Below the pieces are notes generated by a model, which saw only the letters and a program-made list of their open reading frames with translations, had not been told where the DNA came from and ran no database searches. Of a DNA stretch of 64,000 nucleotides, positions 29,803 through 37,199 are shown in pieces. Location: the IMG/VR virus record IMGVR_UViG_3300015607_002466, positions 1-64,000 of that record; one strand, 5' to 3'. This DNA is from a virus (Duplodnaviria; Caudoviricetes). The first letter of the stretch is position 1, and each line of letters opens with the position of its first letter. The position numbers and the translations under genes were made by a program.

Positions 29803-31830
29803 ATGCGTCTAAATGGCAATCTAGTTCTAAACGCCGGCGGTCTTTCTGAAATCCAGAACGCAGTCGTAGAACGCGTATCACAACTACCAACTTTCAGCGC
29901 TGCTGAAAAAGGTCGTTTCGTATTCCTAACCACTGAAGGCAAAGTCTATTTCAACGACGGCGTCCAGTGGAGCACCATGGCAACCGGTGGTAATGCATCC
30001 GCACTACAAACCGAAGTTGACCAACTAGAGTCCGCTCTAGGTGCACTATTTACCCAAGCTGGCGGCTTCAACGCTGTTGGTGCAGTTCTATCTAACGTTA
30101 CTGGTGCAACCACTCTAACTGAAGTTATCTCTCAGCTAGACGCAGCTCTAACCGCAGCAAAGAACGCAACCGCAGCTGAAGTTACCCGCGCAGCTGCAGC
30201 AGAAGCATCCCTATCCGCTGCTCTAGCAGCTGAAACCACTCGTGCAGAAGGCGCAGAAGCTGACCTTCAAGCAGCAATCGACGCAGAAGCAGCAGCTCGT
30301 CTTGCTGCAGGTAATACTTTCGCATCTGATCTAGCAGCAGAAGTTACTGCTCGTTCAACCGCTGACGCAACTCTAACTGCAAACCTAGCAGCTGAAACCA
30401 CTCGTGCAACTACTGCAGAAGCTGGTCTACAGTCCGCTATCGACGCAGAAGCAGCATCCCGTCAAGCGGCTGATTCTTCAGAAACCGCTTCCCGTATTGC
30501 TGCAGATACCGCAGCAGCTGCAGCAGCTTCTGATCAACTAGCAACCGAAACTACCGCACGTCTAGCAGGCGACGCAGCTCTAAATACCCGCGCTGATAAC
30601 ATCCAAGCTGAACTTGACGCAACTCAAGTCGGTGCAGGTCTAGGCGTTGACGGTGTTTACACTGCTCCAGCTAACACCAACTATCTAGGTTCTGCAACTT
30701 CTCTAAGCAACGCAGACGTTAAGCTAGATACCGCAATCAAAGCAGAAGCAGATCGTGCAGCTGGTGTTGAAGCAAACCTAGCATCCGCAATCGCTAACGA
30801 AGCTCAACTTCGTACCGACGGTGACGCAAACCTACAAGCTCAGTTGACCGCATACATCAACGGTAAGGTTGACCAAAACGCTACTCAAGACGCAGCAGAA
30901 GCAGCAGCACGTATCGCAGCTGACGCAGCTCTACAAGCTGAATTGGATCAAACCCAAGCTTCTATCGGTCTAGACACCAACGGCGCGATCATCCCAGTTG
31001 AAGGTACCAACTACCTAGACGGCATCACTTCCGTTTTCGGTGGCGCATTCGTTCTTGATACTCAAATCAAGACCGTTGCTGATGGTCTAGCAACTGAAAC
31101 TACCGCACGTCAAGCAGCAGATACCGCATTCCAAAATGCGCTAAATACTGAAGCTCAAACCCGTGAAACCGCTGACCTAGCACTACAGCAAGAGTTGAAT
31201 ACCACTCAAGCTGGCGCAGGTCTAGAAACCAACGGTGCATATGCAGCTCCAACTGGTTCTAACTACCTAGGTTCCGCAGTTTCCCTAAAGGACGCTGACT
31301 ACATCCTAGACGCAGCAATCAAGGTTCAAGAAGATGCAATCGCAACTCTAGCATCTACTTCTGGTTCTGCACTAGCATCAGAAACCGCAGCACGTATCGC
31401 TGGTGACAACGCTGTTCAAGCAGCTGTTACCTCCGAAGCTAACCGCGCTCTAGCAGCTGAAGCATCTCTATCTGCAGACATCTCTGCAGAATCTGCAGCA
31501 CGTTCTGCAGCTGATGCAACTCTAACCTCTGGTCTAGCAGCTGAAGTTGCTGATCGTACCGCTGGTGATGCAGCTCTACAAGCTGAAGTTGATACCATCA
31601 ACACCAACCTAGGTAAGATCTACTTCCTATACTCAGCAGCATCTGCATCTACTTCCCACACCGTTTCACACGGTCTAGGTCAGAAGTACGCATCTGTTAC
31701 TGTTATTGATGCAAACACTGATGAAGTTATCATCCCACAGGCAATCGTCTTCGGTGATGCTAACACTCTAACTGTTACTTTGAACGCAGCACTAGAAATC
31801 AAGGTAGTAGTTGTTGCAGTAGGTTTCTAA
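29803..31830 (+). CDS. Ala-rich coiled-coil fibre protein with internal repeats (likely abundant virion fibre)
   Basis: Many AE(V/T)TRA..A(E/D)..L repeats; three ELD.TQ.G.GL..NG......NYL units at 30610, 30940 and 31192; strong RBS (AAGGAG); strongly biased codons. Confidence 0.75.
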   Translation: MRLNGNLVLNAGGLSEIQNAVVERVSQLPTFSAAEKGRFVFLTTEGKVYFNDGVQWSTMATGGNASALQTEVDQLESALGALFTQAGGFNAVGAVLSNVTGATTLTEVISQLDAALTAAKNATAAEVTRAAAAEASLSAALAAETTRAEGAEADLQAAIDAEAAARLAAGNTFASDLAAEVTARSTADATLTANLAAETTRATTAEAGLQSAIDAEAASRQAADSSETASRIAADTAAAAAASDQLATETTARLAGDAALNTRADNIQAELDATQVGAGLGVDGVYTAPANTNYLGSATSLSNADVKLDTAIKAEADRAAGVEANLASAIANEAQLRTDGDANLQAQLTAYINGKVDQNATQDAAEAAARIAADAALQAELDQTQASIGLDTNGAIIPVEGTNYLDGITSVFGGAFVLDTQIKTVADGLATETTARQAADTAFQNALNTEAQTRETADLALQQELNTTQAGAGLETNGAYAAPTGSNYLGSAVSLKDADYILDAAIKVQEDAIATLASTSGSALASETAARIAGDNAVQAAVTSEANRALAAEASLSADISAESAARSAADATLTSGLAAEVADRTAGDAALQAEVDTINTNLGKIYFLYSAASASTSHTVSHGLGQKYASVTVIDANTDEVIIPQAIVFGDANTLTVTLNAALEIKVVVVAVGF

Positions 31831-31867
31831 ACTACTGTCACTAAAGCTTAACTAAGCTTTTAAAGTG

Positions 31868-31904
31868 AAAAGGCCCGAAGCCTAAAGGTTTTCAGGCCTT
31901 TTTT
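31868..31904 (+). terminator. Intrinsic terminator after the fibre gene
   Basis: AAAAGGCC...GGCCTTTTTT stem-loop with U tract; ATAAATA follows at 31906-31912. Confidence 0.8.
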
Positions 31905-31905
31905 G

Positions 31906-31912
31906 ATAAATA
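31906..31912 (+). promoter_or_regulatory. Late promoter ATAAATA
   Basis: gATAAATAc immediately after the terminator, 35 nt before ATG 31947. Confidence 0.65.
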
Positions 31913-31946
31913 CAGTATAGATCTTTTTATCGCAAAGGAACTAAAA

Positions 31947-32549
31947 ATGAGACATTACGGCAACATTAATCTTCAGCAAAATGAATTGCAAAATGCAGTT
32001 CTACCAATCGACACTTACTTTCCAGTAAATCCAAAGGTTGGTCAACTAGTTTTCAAAGATAAAGTCCTTTACATTTGTGTTGACATTCAGAACGAGCTAC
32101 CAATTTGGACTCCTCTAACCAACCAAATCGACACTTTCATCTTTACTCAGACTTTCCCATCCGCTTCTTGGAACATTTCCCACGGACTAAACTCTGGTAC
32201 TGTTCAAGTACAAGTTTTCGGTAACGATGGCCGCATGGTTATTCCAAATGAAATCACTATCGTCGACAAGGACACTGTCACCGTTGATTTTGGTATTGAG
32301 TTCTCTGGTCGCGCATCAGTTATCGCTGGCAACCTAGACGGCGGCGAGCGCCCAACATATGGTTTTGAGTACGATCAAACTACTCCATCTGATTCTTGGG
32401 TTGTAAACCACGGTCTTGGATATTACCCAGTTGTTCGTGTTTTCATCGGTAATGAAGAGGTTCAACCAGCTCAAATTATCCATGATTCTGTTAACACTAC
32501 TCGTATCTTGTTTACAGCTCCATACGTCGGTGTTGCTAAGTTCATGTAA
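31947..32549 (+). CDS. Virion protein with two 'W.I.HGL' modules; N-terminus paralogous to the 29803 fibre
   Basis: MRHYGNINLQQNELQNAV vs MRLNGNLVLN...EIQNAV; modules SWNISHGLNS and SWVVNHGLGY. Confidence 0.65.
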   Translation: MRHYGNINLQQNELQNAVLPIDTYFPVNPKVGQLVFKDKVLYICVDIQNELPIWTPLTNQIDTFIFTQTFPSASWNISHGLNSGTVQVQVFGNDGRMVIPNEITIVDKDTVTVDFGIEFSGRASVIAGNLDGGERPTYGFEYDQTTPSDSWVVNHGLGYYPVVRVFIGNEEVQPAQIIHDSVNTTRILFTAPYVGVAKFM

Positions 32550-32560
32550 GGAGAAATAGA

Positions 32561-32782
32561 ATGGGTTACTTCATTCCAAAAGAATTTCTCTTCGTACAAG
32601 ATACTCCAGCATCAATTTGGACTATCAAGCATGCTTGTGGCTATCCAATTGTTGACATTTACATTTCACAAAATGGTGTAAATGAAAAAATGATTCCAAA
32701 GGAAATCGTTTATGTGAGCGATTCACTGGTGGAAGTACATTTCACAAAGCCGTTTGCAGGTTTTGCAAAAGTAGTAGGATAA
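32561..32782 (+). CDS. Single-module 'W.I.H' virion protein
   Basis: FVQDTPASIWTIKHACGYPIVDIY...VEVHFTKPFAGFA; RBS AAGGAG. Confidence 0.65.
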   Translation: MGYFIPKEFLFVQDTPASIWTIKHACGYPIVDIYISQNGVNEKMIPKEIVYVSDSLVEVHFTKPFAGFAKVVG

Positions 32783-32791
32783 GGATAAAAC

Positions 32792-33007
32792 ATGACTGCT
32801 CCAGCATTTTCCCAAACCTTTAACACTCCTTCCACAGAATGGGTTGTTACCCATAACATGGGTAAGGCTGTTGTTTCCGATGTGTTTGTGTTTGACGGTT
32901 CTAATCGTCCAGTTAAAGTTCTTCCACTTGACGTAATCGAAGAATCTGATAACGTAGTAAGAGTTACTTTTTCACAACCACAGCGTGGTCTAGTTAGAGT
33001 TATCTAA
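32792..33007 (+). CDS. Single-module 'W.V.HN.G' virion protein
   Basis: QTFNTPSTEWVVTHNMGKAVVSDVF...VRVTFSQPQRG; RBS AAGGA. Confidence 0.65.
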   Translation: MTAPAFSQTFNTPSTEWVVTHNMGKAVVSDVFVFDGSNRPVKVLPLDVIEESDNVVRVTFSQPQRGLVRVI

Positions 33008-33028
33008 CTAAGTCTTTACAGACAAATG

Positions 33029-33059
33029 AAGGCGATGTTAAACATCGCCTTTTTCTTTT
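33029..33059 (+). terminator. Intrinsic terminator
   Basis: AAGGCGATGTT-A-AACATCGCCTT followed by TTTCTTTT. Confidence 0.85.
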
Positions 33060-33070
33060 CAAAATCTTCA

Positions 33071-33077
33071 ATAAATA
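33071..33077 (+). promoter_or_regulatory. Late promoter ATAAATA for the lysis genes
   Basis: caATAAATAt 33 nt upstream of the spanin start. Confidence 0.65.
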
Positions 33078-33110
33078 TTAAGAAGTTCAACTCAATTTGA
33101 AAGGAAAAAT

Positions 33111-33530
33111 ATGGGAGCAATCTTCGGCCTATTAGGCGCTAACATAAGAGTTTATGTTATAGCTTTTGTAGTAGCAGCAATTTTAGCAGTAGTTGGAACA
33201 TTTGCGTGGAAATACAAATCTGCGTTAGATAGTTTAAAAGAAATTCAGGAACAAAACATCCAGCTTGAAAAAGAAAAATCAGTGCTATCACAAGTAAACA
33301 ACCAAAACCAAACCTTTATCGCTCAAATGCAAGCAGATTTAGCTAATAAGGAAAAATTGGTAAGTGATTTCAGAATTCAGAAGGCGCGTGATGATAAAAA
33401 GCTTTCCGATCTTTCAAAGGTCATTATTGCTTATGATAAGAAAGACGATGGCCCAATTGCAAAAGTTTTAAAGGACGCTATTGACGGAATTCTTAAACTA
33501 AGAGACAGTAAAGACGGAGAACAAAAATGA
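33111..33530 (+). CDS. Inner-membrane spanin (Rz-like)
   Basis: N-terminal TM helix (VYVIAFVVAAILAVVGTFAW), long coiled coil, overlaps a downstream lipoprotein gene. Confidence 0.8.
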   Translation: MGAIFGLLGANIRVYVIAFVVAAILAVVGTFAWKYKSALDSLKEIQEQNIQLEKEKSVLSQVNNQNQTFIAQMQADLANKEKLVSDFRIQKARDDKKLSDLSKVIIAYDKKDDGPIAKVLKDAIDGILKLRDSKDGEQK

Positions 33531-33784
33531 AAATTGTACTTATCGCATTAGTTTCTTTATTCCTGACTGCCTGTGAACATAATCGTCCTCGTGAGGAACC
33601 TCCAGTAGAACATCAATTGGTCTCTAAAAAGATACCTTCAGAGCTTCTTGAAATTCCAAGCTATCCAACTGCCCCTGATTTATCTGGTACCCAGAAGGAT
33701 GTGGCAGTATGGATTATTGAGAATGAAAAGCGTGTGAAACAGCTTGAGTCACAATTGAAAAAAATCAAAGAATATAACGAGTAA
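33527..33784 (+). CDS. Outer-membrane spanin lipoprotein (Rz1-like)
   Basis: Lipobox LFLTA-C after a hydrophobic signal; Pro-rich mature part; 4-nt overlap with the Rz-like gene. Confidence 0.85.
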   Translation: MKIVLIALVSLFLTACEHNRPREEPPVEHQLVSKKIPSELLEIPSYPTAPDLSGTQKDVAVWIIENEKRVKQLESQLKKIKEYNE

Positions 33785-33789
33785 GAATT

Positions 33790-35394
33790 ATGGCATGTGA
33801 TTGCGGCGCACCAAGTAAAAGTGGGTTATGGACTTCTATCCCAAATAGTGGTTTAACTGAGATGTTGCCTGGGGAGGACGTTGAATGTTATATGCAACGT
33901 TCTTCTGATTCAACCGATAAGGGAGGTGCGCCCGAGCCAACTGACAAAATATCGAATAACGCAATCGTTCCTGATTGCGCAATGAAAATCGATATGCAGT
34001 TTAAACTTACGGATGGATCACCATCAAGCAAGTTTAAAGCTCCTGTTACATGGAGCATGGTTGACCCTGCTGACAAAGAAGGAAATAACGGGAAGTATAC
34101 GATCAGTGGACTTGAGTTTACAAGCGACGGTAAACTCTCAGGAACGATGGATCCTCAAGCGGAAGGTCGCACTTTCACTGTACTGATCGTTGCAAAAGAT
34201 TCAACTGGTGCAGAAATTGATTCGAGATCATTTACTTTTTCTCCGAAGAAATGCACACCTGGGGCCGACTTAAAATTTATCCATCCATTACCAGGATCGG
34301 TAAAGACAAGTGGTTTCGGCCCACGAGTCCACCCAGTTACTGGTGTAAAAAAGGATCATAAAGGCTGCGACTTCGCTTATTCTGGCGGCGTCACAAAAGA
34401 TGTTTTAGCAGCATGCGACGGCAAAGTGACGAAGGCTGGAGTAGGTGCTGGATACGGTAACGTTGTCTATATCCAGCATGTTAACGGTTCTGGAAAAGTA
34501 ATGGCTGAAACGAGATACGCACATTTGGCGTCAATTTACGTTTCAGTAGGCCAGCAAGTGTCAGCAGGCCAGCCGATAGGTAAAGAGGGAAATACGGGTA
34601 TTGGTACTGGAGCGCATCTTCATTTTGAATTGCGATTGCCAGGTGACAAGCCTGTTGATGGCTCTGAATACATCAATGGCACTATAAAGTCTGCGACATC
34701 TGACACCACTTCGGGTGATCCTGACCCTGGTAAACCAGCGGGCGCCGTGTCGCAAAGCGAGAACTCGAATAAGGCATTAACTACCGCTAAGGTAGATGCA
34801 GCTGCGAAACCTTGCGCTCCATTAAACACTTCTTCAGCATTGCCACCTCAACCCGATAAACAGGTGATTTCATCTTCACGATCTGACTGTAAACCTGAAA
34901 CCACACCTACCAAATCAGAGGTTCAAGCAAAAATCAATTCTGTTCTTGATAAACATCCAGATCTTGATGCTAGCGATAGGGATTTTATTATGCAGACCGC
35001 TAAAATCGAGTCAACTTACGATCCATACGCAAAGAACCCAACTACTTCTGCAACAGGTCTATATCAAATGGTTGATGGGACTGCTAATGCTTATTACAAA
35101 AAAATCGGCGTCGAACCTACTTGTGAAAATAGATGCGACGCCGAAATAGCTACAGAAGCAATGGTTAGGTTCTATAAAGAAGCAATCCTAAAATTCTATC
35201 AAGAATTTAAGTCAAAGCAAACCATAGCTGGAAAGCATTTAACTCCAGAACTTATTCAAAAGTATAATGCACTCAGTAAGGCTGAGTTTTGTTATGGGTT
35301 GATTCACCACGATGGTGTTGGTAATGCTGTAAAAGGAATTGATCGTCAAGGTGTCCAAATCGCTAGATCACGATTTAGTAGCAACACTGCTTAA
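33790..35394 (+). CDS. Multi-domain peptidoglycan hydrolase: Ig-like (He_PIG) + M23 peptidase + SLT/lysozyme-like domain
   Basis: M23 motifs HKGCD (HxxxD) and HLHFE (HxH); SLT motifs KIES.YDP.AKN..TSATGLYQ; Ig-like GLEFTSDGKLSGT...FTVLIVAKD. Confidence 0.85.
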   Translation: MACDCGAPSKSGLWTSIPNSGLTEMLPGEDVECYMQRSSDSTDKGGAPEPTDKISNNAIVPDCAMKIDMQFKLTDGSPSSKFKAPVTWSMVDPADKEGNNGKYTISGLEFTSDGKLSGTMDPQAEGRTFTVLIVAKDSTGAEIDSRSFTFSPKKCTPGADLKFIHPLPGSVKTSGFGPRVHPVTGVKKDHKGCDFAYSGGVTKDVLAACDGKVTKAGVGAGYGNVVYIQHVNGSGKVMAETRYAHLASIYVSVGQQVSAGQPIGKEGNTGIGTGAHLHFELRLPGDKPVDGSEYINGTIKSATSDTTSGDPDPGKPAGAVSQSENSNKALTTAKVDAAAKPCAPLNTSSALPPQPDKQVISSSRSDCKPETTPTKSEVQAKINSVLDKHPDLDASDRDFIMQTAKIESTYDPYAKNPTTSATGLYQMVDGTANAYYKKIGVEPTCENRCDAEIATEAMVRFYKEAILKFYQEFKSKQTIAGKHLTPELIQKYNALSKAEFCYGLIHHDGVGNAVKGIDRQGVQIARSRFSSNTA

Positions 35395-35952
35395 AAAGTC
35401 GATAAACGGGTAAGGTTCTTTAGATTTGAACCTTTTCCAGAATTGTGGGTGCGGAAACGAAATTGGGTCCCACCCATTTTTCTTTGCCCATTTTTCGGCA
35501 ACCTTTCCCAAACAGATGACTTTCTTCGGTTTAAGTTCTGTTACCATAGAAGGATCATTTTCAGATCCGTCAAGGTTGAAGGCATTTACCCAAAAAAGTT
35601 TCCCTTCATCAATCCTTGCCCTAGCAAGTAGGTTGTTTAGCCATCCTGAACATCCAGTGGTATCATTGAACGGGTATGAACGTTGAAACGGAGACGGACC
35701 CGAAGGTTTTTCACCAATGACAGCAATGATTGATCCATCGCTTAAGAAGTTCCCTGCACAATTCTGAAACTTATCGGGAATAGATCGACTGACGTCTAGA
35801 CGACTAGACAATTGAGTAATGACGAGTAGATCATCCTTATAACAGGACTTCCAATTACCGTCATACATCATTTTTGATAAAGCGGCCGACCTTCCGACCG
35901 CTAAACCATGCTCCTCAACAATTTTGAGGAGCTCAACTACATTCTTATGCAT
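35368..35952 (-). CDS. Uracil-DNA-glycosylase-like fold protein
   Basis: Likely start MHKNVV (35952); IAVIGEKPSG...PF...GCSGWLNNLL...LFWVNA...KVICLGKVA...HPQFWKRF. Confidence 0.6.
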   Translation of the reverse strand: MHKNVVELLKIVEEHGLAVGRSAALSKMMYDGNWKSCYKDDLLVITQLSSRLDVSRSIPDKFQNCAGNFLSDGSIIAVIGEKPSGPSPFQRSYPFNDTTGCSGWLNNLLARARIDEGKLFWVNAFNLDGSENDPSMVTELKPKKVICLGKVAEKWAKKNGWDPISFPHPQFWKRFKSKEPYPFIDFLSSVATKS

Positions 35953-36412
35953 CGAGCCAGTTCTTGTTGATGTTGATGCTGAACAGACGATATGACACAG
36001 CACGACGGAAAGCTTCCTCCGCTGAACCAAATCGCGAAATCGGGAAACGCTTCAGCTTGGTTTTACCGTTAACGGTGTAGTTCGCGATGTAAGCATAAGG
36101 ATGCTTGCGCTTTAGACGATCATAAGTGTGTTCAAGATAGACACCAACCACACCAGTCTTATTGTCTGAACGATCAATAAGGATTCGCACCTTCTCATCA
36201 GACATGGTAGGAACCAGGTTACGAGCCGCGGAAAGATTCTTGGTTTGGTTGTAAAGATCGACTAGGGAGTCGACATATTGTTCGGCTGCAATTCTAGCCT
36301 TTTTCTTACCACCACAAGACAGGAAATTGAACGTCTTGCTTGGAGCATGACGTAGTTCATCAGAAGTAAAATTGACAACGAGGTCTTTAGTGGTTTCTTT
36401 GATCTGATACAT
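35945..36412 (-). CDS. Tandem AP2-like DNA-binding domain protein without recognisable HNH domain
   Basis: Start MYQIK (RBS GGAGA); NKTGVVGV...YIANYTVNGKTKLKRFPISRFGSAEEAFRRAVSYR; N-terminal similar unit KTFNFLSCGGKKKARIAAEQY. Confidence 0.65.
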   Translation of the reverse strand: MYQIKETTKDLVVNFTSDELRHAPSKTFNFLSCGGKKKARIAAEQYVDSLVDLYNQTKNLSAARNLVPTMSDEKVRILIDRSDNKTGVVGVYLEHTYDRLKRKHPYAYIANYTVNGKTKLKRFPISRFGSAEEAFRRAVSYRLFSININKNWLDA

Positions 36413-36472
36413 TATTTTTATTCTCCATGAAGAAACGATTTTCAAAATGGTAGACTTTGCCACCATTTTGAA

Positions 36473-36502
36473 ATTATATCATAGAGAACAGGATTTGTAA
36501 AC
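36473..36502 (-). promoter_or_regulatory. Early promoter GTTTACA-N17-TATAAT (extended -10)
   Basis: Minus strand GTTTACA (36502-36496), 17 nt, TATAAT (36478-36473); upstream of the AP2 gene. Confidence 0.8.
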
Positions 36503-36504
36503 TG

Positions 36505-37161
36505 TTATACGTGCTCTTTAAACCAGCTTTCAATGAAGCCAGATTTGCCCGCTGGATAACGCTTTGGATCATACATCCACATTGCTGAACCATCATCTGG
36601 GTTGATGCAAATGTTGATCTTTACTTGGTACAGAGAACCAACTAGTATTGGCGAAATCGCAGTGATGAAGTGCGGACCTGCTGGGAAAATTACCAAAGTT
36701 CCAGCCTGAGGCGCAAAGCTGAAGTTGTAAGCTGGGAATTCAAGTTTCCCACCATAGACTTCATTGCGTGGATCAAGAGGAGCTTGATCATTGTAGTCCT
36801 TTAACCAAAGGAAACCAACTAGGTCGATGTCCTTGGTCTTTACCCATTTCTTTCGCATAAACTTAGAGTTTTCGCAGCCTGGATTTTCTGCTGGCCCTTT
36901 ATGATTCTCTGGGAAATATTGAAAGACCATCTTTTCGACACCTTTGATGGTACCGTCATATCGATCTTCGATTTCTGGGAATTTACTTTTCAAGCGAGAA
37001 AATAGGAAATCCTCTCCTTCAAGATAGTGTCTCTCCATCTTGATAGGATTTCCTTCAGTGTCATAGTTTGGAGTCTTGACTTCGATTTCTGCAATAAGCT
37101 CTTGACACTTCTTTGGAGAAATGAATTCAGGATAAACTAGGAATGGGCTGCGAATTGTCAT
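36505..37161 (-). CDS. 2OG-Fe(II) oxygenase-fold protein (prolyl-hydroxylase-like), HxD motif apparently replaced
   Basis: YGGKLEFP...PQAGTLVIFPAGPHFITAISPILVGSLY; CE found where HxD is expected. Confidence 0.65.
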   Translation of the reverse strand: MTIRSPFLVYPEFISPKKCQELIAEIEVKTPNYDTEGNPIKMERHYLEGEDFLFSRLKSKFPEIEDRYDGTIKGVEKMVFQYFPENHKGPAENPGCENSKFMRKKWVKTKDIDLVGFLWLKDYNDQAPLDPRNEVYGGKLEFPAYNFSFAPQAGTLVIFPAGPHFITAISPILVGSLYQVKINICINPDDGSAMWMYDPKRYPAGKSGFIESWFKEHV

Positions 37162-37192
37162 AAGTGTTATTATCTTTGTTATGCGATTGAAT

Positions 37193-37199
37193 TATTTAT
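37193..37199 (-). promoter_or_regulatory. Late promoter ATAAATA (minus strand)
   Basis: Overlaps the RimK-fusion stop; 32 nt upstream of the oxygenase gene start. Confidence 0.6.

Noticed and set aside
30100-31600. GCAGCA/GCTGAA-rich periodic DNA as a possible non-coding repeat array
   Set aside because: Explained by the Ala-rich coiled-coil coding sequence; repeats stay in frame and vary at synonymous sites.
31843-31860. Palindrome AAAGCTTA-AC-TAAGCTTT before the 31868 terminator
   Set aside because: AT-rich, single occurrence, no matching copies found elsewhere; insufficient to call an operator.
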